A stretch of DNA of 63,462 nucleotides, counting the filler, from Nemertoderma westbladi (Eukaryota; Animalia; Xenacoelomorpha), in the NCBI GenBank assembly GCA_032718475.1. It is 4 parts of 4 records of this genome, joined end to end, with 100 filler letters (N's around TTAATTAATTAA, not from the genome) between each part and the next. Parts side by side here need not be neighbours in the genome. Positions count along the whole stretch, not along the records: positions 1 to 28,448 come from JAUCBJ010005293.1; 3 more parts are not named here. The stretch is one strand, 5' to 3'. Below the pieces are notes generated by a model, which was given only the letters and a program-made list of their open reading frames with translations, had not been told where the DNA came from and ran no database searches. Below are positions 1-10,429 of this stretch, piece by piece (positions within the stretch are counted from its first letter, which is position 1; each line of letters begins with the position of its first letter). A program made the position numbers and the translations under genes.

Positions 1-112
1 AAACAGTATTCAAAATCAGGATAAAAATAAGAAAGTGTATTAAACTCTGTTAAAATTTTATTATATTAATTATATATATTATATATATTAATGTTAAATA
101 TTATATTTTCAT

Positions 113-815
113 TTACAAACCTTCCGAACTTCCAACCCGCACTTCATTCTGTAAGCTTTCTTCATAAATCGCCTCCAACTGAATATCTGATACATAACAG
201 CTGTAATACCGAACATGGGCTATGTATCCTTCAAACAATTTATTCTCACTTGGTTTTTTCCCTATCGTTAGGGTTCTGGAATCTCCAGAAAGTCGACCTG
301 TTGATGGAGTATCTAGCTCCAATCGCTGATGATCTTGATTTCCCACTTTTCGGCTGTAGAATATCACTTTCTTCTCTAGAGCATTGACTCCAAAAGCCAC
401 CATATACCACAGGTTTATTTCTATCGCATTATCCATTCTAAACTGTGTTGGAGACACACCATTCACACTGTCGTACCAAAGAGTGGTTGGACTCTTGTTA
501 ATCCACATACGGGAACCTAATCTATTAGGATCCCCAAATTCAAAAATAGGACCAACAGTTTCGGATTTAATAAATGCTACCATTGTAAATGTTTCTGAGA
601 GCAACTCGACTCCATGGTGGATTGTGATATAGCCCTTATGACAATTTATTGCCTGGTTGTTAACTCCTGCTGGTCCTGGTCCAAATGATGGTCCACCTTT
701 AACATTTCCATTTAGATTCCCAACTTTCTCATTGGCTCCATACTGGATACTCAATGGCCAATTGGATTCAGGACTACAATCATCTACAATGTAACGAATT
801 AGCAAAATATATTGT
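113..815 (-). CDS. 3' exon of a concanavalin A-like/laminin G (LamG3/pentraxin-like) domain protein
   Basis: 230-aa ORF with LamG3-like pattern (FTMVAFIK...GPIFEF...WYMVAF...LTIGK...FEGYIAHVRYY). It has no in-frame ATG after the upstream stop. Acceptor TTTTTTACAG (minus strand) ends at 816, with branch-like CTAAT ~30 nt upstream. 5' exons not located. Confidence 0.6.
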
Positions 816-1255
816 CTGTAAAAAATAATACTTACGCGATGATATATTAGATTATATCAGATATGTCAATATATCATTGTTAATTATTAATATATTATTA
901 ACATGTAATAATATATAAATTAACGTCTAAAGTTGCCAATGGCGAAACGAATAATTGTAAATATCCAGTATCTTTGTCCACGATGATATTTGCCAAATTC
1001 CATAATACCTCTTATTGAAAACATTGGCTATGAAAAATAAGTCTCAAATCAATAATAAATATACAACATACAATAAACACATATAAAAAAATAAAAATAT
1101 TTTTAATTAATAAATTCATGTGTTATACCATGAGACGAATAATGGTAAAAGATGCCTTTCAGCTAGGGTAGATTGAAAGGAAGACAACATCCTCATCCAG
1201 GGAAGTCCCCAATACTCCCGGGTAAATCAATGCAACAAATTAGTGTGAATAAATG

Positions 1256-2441
1256 CGTAAAAGCTTTTGCATATATAACAAGCCATTTTTCTCCGCAATA
1301 TACCGTGTAGGTGTTTTAGCGGACATAACAAGCCATTTTTACTCGCTATGTCTGCATGTGTGCTTTAGCGGACATAACAAGCCATTTTTTCCGCAATGCG
1401 CATAATACTCTAAAGACTGGAACTCAGATGACGACATCTGTCAGCTGATTTACTGCCGACATGGAACCTTTTCTTTGTTCTTTGCTCAGCCAATCAGAGC
1501 GATTTTCATTTTATGTGTGCTTTAGCCCTACGTAAACCGTGCTAGGCATGTCAGTGTTAGTGTTGTATCTTTTCTAAGCCCAGAACACCGGCTTAGGATT
1601 CTTCTGTGCTTCTGTAGAAGTTTCAGACTTTGGCCAGAACATTAGATGGCTTGGATTATCGAAACGTAAAACTATTACCAACGCAAACCAACGCAACAAA
1701 CAACTTACTAATTACTGAATCACTGACGAAACACATCAACACTGCAACACTGCACTACTGCATTCACCGCATTATTTTACTGTCTGTTATTAATTGTTAT
1801 ATATGTTGATGGATATATTGTTATATTTGGAGAATACCAATAAAGAATCATAAAACCCCAATCTTCTTGATTACTGAAGGTGAGAGGACAGGTTACCGGT
1901 AGCAATTGCGACTTACATTATAGTGGTTTTTGTGTGAATTAAATGCTATTTCATAATCCCTACATGTGTCAGTTGCCATCCTCCTTATATATGATCAAAT
2001 TCAGTGACTGTCGGCAGATCAGTGTGAAGTAGTGTGAAGTCGTGTGAGGTAGTGTGATTGGTAATAAAGCATCTCCTAAAGAATGTGCCTTTTACGAAAC
2101 TCAGTAGCCATCTAGTTGTGATTAGTATAAGTCATAACTCTGTTTTTATACTTAAAGCGCCACGTCCTAAAGGAACTGTTAATATTTCCCCGAAAGTAAA
2201 TATATTGTCAGAGATTATAGTAACGATCAATCGAAAACTACAGTAGGTCTACAATGCAATAAAAAATCAAAGAATCCGAATCCAGTCTCCCTTAACAGTG
2301 GGTGAATGGTCGCGCATAGACTGGCTTCGGCTAATGTTATTTCAGTGTAATCAATAATTGTTATTGGCTAAAGTCGATTTATAAATTAGAAGACAACTAA
2401 AATTGGCAGGTTAAACTGCTAAAGGTCTAAAAGCGCGAACA
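1256..2441 (+). repeat. 5' LTR (1186 bp)
   Basis: CGTAAAAGC...GCGCGAACA; the first base is C where the 3' LTR has T. About 26 substitutions and 1 indel versus the 3' LTR by hand count (~98% identical). Three ~50-bp subrepeats at the start; CCAAT box near 1490. Confidence 0.95.
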
Positions 2442-2453
2442 GTAATAGTTTTA
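2442..2453 (+). promoter_or_regulatory. Non-tRNA primer-binding position, complementary to LTR 1667-1678
   Basis: GTAATAGTTTTA directly follows the LTR end and is the exact reverse complement of TAAAACTATTAC (1667-1678). No TGG at this position. Confidence 0.65.
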
Positions 2454-4397
2454 TTTCTTTATTGCACCGTAGGCAATAAAGTCGAGGTACTGGTCGAACG
2501 GTAAGCTGTAGGCCTAACTGCCCAACTGCCCGAACCGGTACTTACAAGTACAACAGTATTATTCGATTTTGATAATTATATACCGGTAGGTCTTGATATT
2601 TAATCAGGGACGGCCGCCCTGGTTTTTTATTGGGATTTTACTTATTTCTGTCAGTTTTATTTATCTGTAAGTGTAATATTGAGCAGAAGGCGTGTAAGCC
2701 TGCTCAGATTGTATAAATAATTTGTAGGCTGGATTGTTGTCTAGCTGTTGTTAAGTTTGAAGCGATTGCAGTGTGTGTAGAGTGTAGGTCCGATTAAGTA
2801 CTAGTTAGGAAAGTGGGGGCATCCAGTGTTGTAAGGTGAATCCCACCCAAAAGAATAAGTCGTACTACTCGGTTAGAAAGCATACTAACTAACCATTTCG
2901 GAGTCTGCATATACTGTAGTTTATTTAGGCTTGACAGTAGTCTGCCAGCATTTGGTCTGTATTTTGTTTGTATAGTCTGCACGGGTAGCGTAATATTTAT
3001 TATTCAGAGTTTATGCGAGTATTCGCAACCTACATACCCCCAAGTTTATTCCTACAGTAATTGTGCTTGTTATACATACCGTTATAGTTAAATTAACACC
3101 GGTACTACATCAGGGCTGCTTGGCGTAGGTAAAGACTGGTGATTTTATGCTCTAGTCACTCCAGCAGATACCGTGGTTCTTTTAGCTGTTCAAGTATATT
3201 TAACCGCTGGTTATTTGTTGTATAAGTATTTGTACCTAATCTAGGGTTTAGAGTACAGTACTTTTTGAAGGTAATTTAGTTTGTAGGCAGTATATTTGTG
3301 TTGTAAAGTGGTTAATAGGCACGTTAGCTCTGGTTGGCTGCGGTAATTAACTTCTAGGTAAGGACACTCCGGGTACATAACGTAGTATGTATAGTGCTGT
3401 AGAGCAAAAAGACTATAAGTCGTCAGACGGTGGTATTTTCTTATCTGGACAACACAGTATATTTGCTACTGCTTAATTATTTTCAAATACCGTAGTATCC
3501 TGTCCGTTTGTAATAACCAGAAATTCTAACTCCCTGTTAGACTGGTTTGTAGAATTCCTGTAAAATTACCCTAAAATTTGTACGTGTAATTTGTTATTGT
3601 TTATTTAGAGATTGTAATCTCACCCTGTATGTAAGTAATTAGTAGTAATAAGTAACTTAGTAAAGTAGAATTATTTGTTTTAGTGTCCAACAGGTAGCAC
3701 TCCACTGAGAGCGTTTAGCTTCTGTGTAGTGACCCCCTTAACCAGAAATAATAACATTTGTTTCAAATATTGACAAAACCCTTGTACGGGTACATATATA
3801 TTATAAATCAACTCAAACCGATTTATAAAATAGTAGGCCTGTTAAACATCAATTAGGTCTTAATATCAGTTGGGCTACTGCTTGATAACAGTAATAAAGT
3901 AAAGGAAAGTAACCTTTAAATTCAGAAATTCAGTTATTATAAAATAATTGACATTACTGATATTTAAGGTAGGCTTATTATATATATTTATATAAATTTA
4001 GGCTGAAATTATATACCGGTATTCTGTGACTAAACCTAGTTTGTAACAATACTTATATATACTATAAGTGTATACCGGTATTTTAATATATTATATTATA
4101 TTATTATTAGAATTTACCACAACTTTAACAAATTAATGTTCTAGTTATATCACAAACGAATAATAGCGAATAATTTCAGCGTAATAGCATAATAGCAGCA
4201 GCGGGGTAAATGATACATATTTCTAGCGGTACCTAATATATTACACTTCATATTAGAACAAATTATATCTACTGTATATTTCAATTTACTAATTGCAGTT
4301 AGGGAAGCCCATTAATAGTATAGGTAGTCCAAATCCAATTCACGTTTTATACGGTTAAATTTGTATTTATTAAATGTTAATTTTTCTCACTTATACC

Positions 4398-7300
4398 TTA
4401 TACCAACCCCAGCTGCCCAAAGCTTCCCAATCGAGCCTCCCGAGTTCTGGATGCCATAATGATGTACATTCCGAGTTTGATGGACCAGGTTGCATTGCTG
4501 CTGCGAGTCCTGCGGAATAAGTCCTGGAATTTAAAAAGAGATGGATGAAGAGCGAAATAATGACCAAGGTATTTCTCACGGATTTCTGAATACGCCGTAC
4601 AGACTAGAAGAAAATGATATTCCGACTCAACCATGTCACGATTTCCACATAAACGGCATACTCTGTCATTCCTTGGAATCTCGTACCATCTCCCAGACTC
4701 AATGGCAAGATGGTGCGATGAACAACGTAGTTGCGAAATTGATCTTCGCAATAAGACATGACCCTTCAGACAGTCCAAATAGGGCTCACAGGCAAAGGAG
4801 TCTTTACAATAAAGAGTACCTTTTGGGGATGTCTCAACATCTGTCCACCATTCTTGTATGAAAATATCCTGCAACCTCGACCTGAACTTGTTGACGAAGG
4901 AGGTTTCAGATTCCACTAACTGGGCATTCCACACTCCAGAAAATCCTGTTGCTTTCAACAGGTCCCTCACTCTAGAAACCCAATTTGTTGCTCTCCTTAC
5001 TAGGACATCGTCCAGAAGAAATAAATAGGATGCCTTGGTTAGACAATATCGTGGAAGTTTCAAAATTTTCAGCCAATATTTGATTATCCTAATCTTGCGT
5101 TCAATGTCTTGAGGAAAAATGCCAGTTTCACCATATACTGCGAAATTAGGAGATGATCTTTTGACACCTAGAAAATATTTAATGAATCGTAGACTTACTC
5201 GTTCAATATCCATGGCTTGGTGAAAACCCCACACCTCACACCCATACATCATTATGGGTTTTACAAGAGTGTTAAAAAGATTTCTTGCCATTCCGAAACT
5301 TATGTTAGGGAAAAAAAATGCAATATAATGCATCAGCATGAATAGCGCTTTCCTCGCACGATCACCCAATGCAGACTGCGCTAATGCGAATTTGCCAGTA
5401 GAAGACAACTCAATTCCCAGATATGTATAGTGATTTACAACCTCAAGCTCCTCCCCTTTGTATAACCACCTGTCTTGACTGGAGACCATACCACCCTTCC
5501 TAAAAACGATTACCTTCGACTTAGAAAGATTTACTCTGAGGGAACAATAATCACAATAATGTTCTAGACATGTCAAAGCGCCCTGCAGATCCTGAGGTGT
5601 GTTGGCCAACAGAACAATGTCATCGGCATATAAAAGTAAATAGAGTTTCACGTATCCCATGACAACACCCGCCACCTGACCACTCTCTAATTCACTCTCG
5701 ACATCATTGAGAAAAAGTGAAAACAGTAAAGGCGACAGGCATTCACCTTGAATCACGCCCAGCAAGCATGTAAACTCATTTGATATCCCATCCTTCCGAA
5801 CACAACACTTCACATTTGAGTATATGCTTTTAATTAACTGGAACAAGCGACCACCAAATCCCAGCGAGATCAATTTAATCCACAGGGCATTTCTGTCCAC
5901 CGAATCAAATGCTTTTTTAAAGTCTATGAAACTACAATAAAGCCGAGATTTCTTCCCATCATTCAAAACGTAGTGTTCGATAAGCGAATTTAATATAAAG
6001 ATCTGATCTATTGTGGAATAACCTGGGCGGTATCCTGCCTGGGACTCTATAATAGTCCTGAAACACCCAGCCCACCAAGTGAGTCGGCTGTTTATTAGCG
6101 AAGTTAGCAACTTCCCAAGAATACTTAACAATGTTATACCTCTGAAAATTCCCGGATCCAATCTGCAACCTTTATTCTTGTACAGTGGAACAATAAGCCC
6201 GAGTGCCCATCCTTCTGGGAAATATCCTGTGTATAGAATAGCATTAAACAAGCATGTTATTATCGATAACAACTGTGTAGAGCCAAGTATAAGATACTCA
6301 CTTAATATATTGTCTACTCCGGGCGACTTACCCCTCTTCAAGTTCGCCCACACTCTAGAGACCTCCTCTTCTTCGAAGGGGTCCCCTAATAAAAGCTCAA
6401 ATGTCACCCTACTTTCAATTAAATCAATATTTGTCCGAGGACACACCCCCATATCCTCAAAACCTGATACCTTGCCTGACAATTCTCGGAAGTGCGTTTC
6501 AAACTCGGAAAGCGAAGGTTCTTGCTCACCCACATGCCTGCTTGTCCTACATACACTCTTTAACTTCTTCCAGAACTTCTTTATATTACCCTTATAAAAT
6601 GAAGTTAAACATTCAGACTGATTGCTTAGATTCTCATACCTAGCCTTCCTCAAGACTCTCTTATAAGCCGTACGCCTGGATTGTAAAACTAACAAGTTCT
6701 CATTGCTATGCACACTTTGCCAATCTCTAAGTGCCCTGGAAAATACAGTCTTTTCCTCTTTACACGCATCATTGAACCACACTGCCCCACCATTACCTGG
6801 ATGGACAGTCTTCGTTCGTCTACCGCAAGTACCTGATAAATCACTGGATATTGTTGAAAAGAATGAGTTCAATCTGTTTACTGCCTCGTCTATGTTACTG
6901 GCACTCAAATCATCCCCAGTAATACAATCTATTATGGCATTTAACTCATTAGTTGCAAAATCTGAATTTAGCTGTGCCATATATTTATTTGTATAGTATT
7001 CTTTCCATTTAGAAACACAGGGTGTCGATGACCCAGGAGTTTGTGCTTCTTGGTCCGATCTCCCACCAACTGGGATGTTTTAATCAGGCTCATTATTTTT
7101 TTTAATATTAAATGAGACTGAGGTAGTAACGTGATGGGAAAAAATATTTGGTTTTCCTATACTAAATTTCCCACAAGAGGCTAGCATTTGCACCGACCCT
7201 ATAACATAATCAATAGTTGACTTCCCAACTGTATTATTCCCTGCATTACAAAAATACGTATAATCTCCAATATGCTTGTCTTCGCCAACCCTTCCGATGA

Positions 7301-8051
7301 AAATACGCAGTCCGGTGGTCTTACACAGTTCTATAAGCCTCCGGCCATGCGGGTTAACTGCACCTGCCTTAGAAAGTCTATGTACCTGAATATTAAACGT
7401 ATTAAATTCATCAATATCAAATACGTAATCATCAGGCAAAAGCTCATTTAAACCATTATTGGCACGTTCATCTGAAACTATGTAATCCGGTAAAGTAGCA
7501 GTTTTTGCATTAAAGTCACCCGCCAGAAGCACCTGCACATTACTAAACTGGGCTATGTCATTCACTAAATTGTCAAACATGCCAATAGTATTATTATCAT
7601 GGGCCGTTGAACCCGCTGGTGGAATGTATACACAGCCTAACATTACATCAATATTTGTTCTAAAAATATCTCTAGAAATTTTTAACCATAAAATATCATC
7701 GACCACCACATTATTATCAACTTTAAAAATACCATAACTCAATTCATTACGAAAATAAACAGTGACCCCGCCGCTGTAACGTTTTGCCCTATTGTGTTTA
7801 TATTTCCTAAATGTACTGAACTGACTGTATCCAAACGCACCCAAATCAATATCAACTGTACTTAAGGGTCCCAACCAAGTTTCGAGACAAATAAAAATAT
7901 CGTAATTACAAACTAATTGTATAAAGTCTGGATTTACAATGGCAGATGCTATACCTTCAACGTTCAAACACCCAATGTTAAATTGTTTATTGGTTAGTTT
8001 TGTCTGTGTACTTTCCGGTGGAACCGACGTACTTACACTATTGTCTGGCAA
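4398..8051 (-). pseudogene. LINE ORF2: APE endonuclease, reverse transcriptase and C-terminal Cys/His motif; one in-frame stop at 7080-7082
   Basis: APE motifs (NVEG, CLETW, GDFNA, TIDY). RT motifs (IDFKKAFD, QGECLSP, YADD, YLG). C-terminal CRLC...ESEYHFLLVC. The 99 nt between the two ORFs are open and in frame. Confidence 0.9.
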
Positions 8052-8242
8052 ACCTCCCCTTAAATTTATCCCGCCCCATTGCCTATTTCCTGTCGAGGGA
8101 CTCCCGGGTTGGACTGCGTCGTAACATTCTCGTTACTAACTGTAGTATCCTTTGTCCAACCAGCATGTCCGTCACCAGCGGCTCCTAACATATTACCTCC
8201 ATAAAGGTCCGTCATTGTTTCGGTACCTGCCACGCCTCTTCT

Positions 8243-10121
8243 TCATGGCAAACTAAGGCTACGTCCCCGACGAGTGACTCTGTCACTATCAGGGATACCA
8301 GACTTTTTCGCTTTCCTTGGGTAACTTTTCCTCTTTGCATTAACATGAGCGAAGGCAGCAACTTCGACTACATTGTTACTAGTGTCAGCGACACCATCAC
8401 CCGCCCATTTTTCCATGTTAGCTGCATGTCCTAATGAGACACCCTTGCTCTCTTCGTCGGGGGCTTCCAGACTCTCACCCGCAACCTCTGGGTGATTTAC
8501 AGCCCCTGTAGAATTCGCACCTGGTTCACCCCGCGGTTGGAAGGAGGTTCTGACCGGACCGGAAGTGACATTACGGGCTGGTGCAGATGGGTACGCACCT
8601 AGTTCACCCAGCGGTTGGAAGGAGGTTCTGACTGGACCGGAAGTGACATTACGAACTGGTGCAGAGGTATACACACCTGGTTCACCCCGCGGTTGGAATG
8701 AGGTTCTGACCGGACCGGAAGTGACATCATGGGCTGGTGCAGACGGGTACGCACCTGGTTCACCCCGCGGTTGGAAGGAGGTTCTGACCGAACCGGAAGT
8801 GACATTACGGGCTGGTGCAGACGGGTACGCACCTGGTTCACCCCGCGGTTGGAAGGAGGTTCTGACCGGACCGGAAGTGACATTACGGGCTGGTGCAGAC
8901 GGGTACGCACCTGGTTCACCCAGCTGTTGGAAGGAGGTTCTGACCGGACCGGAAGTGACATTACGGGCTGGTGCAGACGGGTACGCACTTGGTTCACCCC
9001 GCGGTTGGAAGGAGGTTCTGACCAGACCGGAAGTGACATTATGGGCTGGTGCAGACGGGTACGCACCTGGTTCACCCCGCGGTTGGAAGGGAAATCTAAC
9101 CGGACCAGAAATGACATTTTGTCTGTTCCAGTTATTGCCACCCGCTACCGGTAAGGAATCGTATTTCTCCTGCAGAATAGCATCTAAGGAAATATCGGGT
9201 CTATTGTGCACTTCCCACCCATTTATATATACATTATTTATTCGCAAGCTGCTCCTGTTCATTCTGGTAATCATACCTCGTTGCTGGGCCTCCCTGGACA
9301 AGCGAAATAAAGTTCCCCGGTGCTGGTGCATTTTTTGTGGAAAGTCGTCGAGCAGGCGATGCTCAGAACCAGCTAGCCTGCCTTTCTGATCAAGAACCCG
9401 GAATTTATCCTTCATGCTCAAAAATTCAATTTTAAGAGGGCGAGTCTTACCTGGTACTAAGCGTCCTTGCCTAGAGACTCTCTCCATTGCAAAGTAACTA
9501 TCAATACCGAGTTTAGTAGCAATAAACTCGCGCGCTACTTCTTCCGTGTCTTCTTTCTGTCGTTCGCATAGATTTATGATGATAAGGTTACTCTGGTTAC
9601 TCTGATAAGGTTACTCTGGTTACTCTCTTATCTGGCTCTTCACCTCACCGATACAATTTCTTATTTCCGGTATCAGTAAAATGCTGTCAAGGTGTTGCCT
9701 GGTTAGAACGACCTCATCAACCCCAGAATGCTCACCGGTACCCGAACGTCCACTACTACTGATCCGTGGGCGTTTGTCCCGGCGGTGTTGCACGGTTTCG
9801 AACCCGGAAGCGGAAAGGTTGTTGGAACTTCCGTTAGCAGAATTAAACGCGCTGTAAGACTGAGCCATAGCTTCGTCGGAAACATCGCATTCCGTATAGG
9901 ATGGATCCGCAGCCGATTCCGATACCGGTACTTCTACAATGCCTGCTGACTTCCCCCAGGCCTACTGAGGGAAGCCTGCTCCCGGAATCCTCGTGTGATG
10001 TGCCGGTAACACTGGTGGCTACCAACATTGCGTCGGCCACCTCCACCTCAATATCGTTCATCAACGCTGGTGTACCATTTCCATAGTCACTATAAGTTAA
10101 CGAGTTATCTACATTCGCCAT
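8243..10121 (-). pseudogene. LINE ORF1 (frameshifted) with RRM/CTD-like core and a repetitive Pro/Gly-rich tail
   Basis: ORF pieces 10121-9843, 9868-9620 and 9487-8243; typical ORF1 motifs NLIIINL...RPLKIEF...DDFP; 23-bp tandem duplication at about 9581-9627. Confidence 0.7.
8516..9117. repeat. 78-bp coding tandem repeat, about 7.7 copies (SFQPRGEPGAYPSAPARNVTSGPVRT)
   Basis: Directly visible 78-nt period; explains the overlapping spurious ORFs here. Confidence 0.95.
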
Positions 10122-10429
10122 ATAAACAGAGGGCGGAACAGTCCCAACTTATCGGTATATATGATATATATATATATGATATTGACTACCGAACCGGTAC
10201 TTACAGCAGTACAAGTACAGCAGTATTAAGCTTTTAACAGCTTTTTTAACAACTTTTTTTACAGCAATTTAATATATTATATATATCATGCTACACTGAG
10301 TAACGGTATCGGTAATTAATTACTAGGCTTACAGTGGATACTGAATTACTAGACTTACAGTGGATACTGAATTACTAGACTTGCTTTAACTGTCGTTATA
10401 GTAGTAGGCATTCAACCATACAATCAAAC

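Larger units (their letters stand above)
4097..10267 (-). mobile_element. Full-length two-ORF LINE (RTEX-like) inserted antisense into the leader of the BEL element
   Basis: 15-bp TSD TTTAATATATTATAT (4082-4096, 10268-10282) and short (TAA)n tail. The empty site is visible in the related element near 50960-51020. Confidence 0.85.

Noticed and set aside
816-835. Apparent 20-nt micro-intron GTAAGTATTATTTTTTACAG on the minus strand
   Set aside because: Splicing it joins to a frame with a stop four codons upstream and no ATG. It is better read as the 3' end of a longer intron with a CTAAT branch site; RNA-seq would settle it.
1130-1255. Target site rejoined across the TSD reads ...NKCNTCTT, reminiscent of a Penelope Cys motif
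   Set aside because: Too short and degenerate to support a call.
2058-2246. 62-aa ORF present in both LTRs (also 22688-22876)
   Set aside because: Non-ATG start, shared only because the LTRs are copies, and no recognisable motif.
8565-9389. Overlapping antisense and alternative-frame ORFs over LINE ORF1
   Set aside because: By-product of a GC-rich 78-bp repeat lacking stops.
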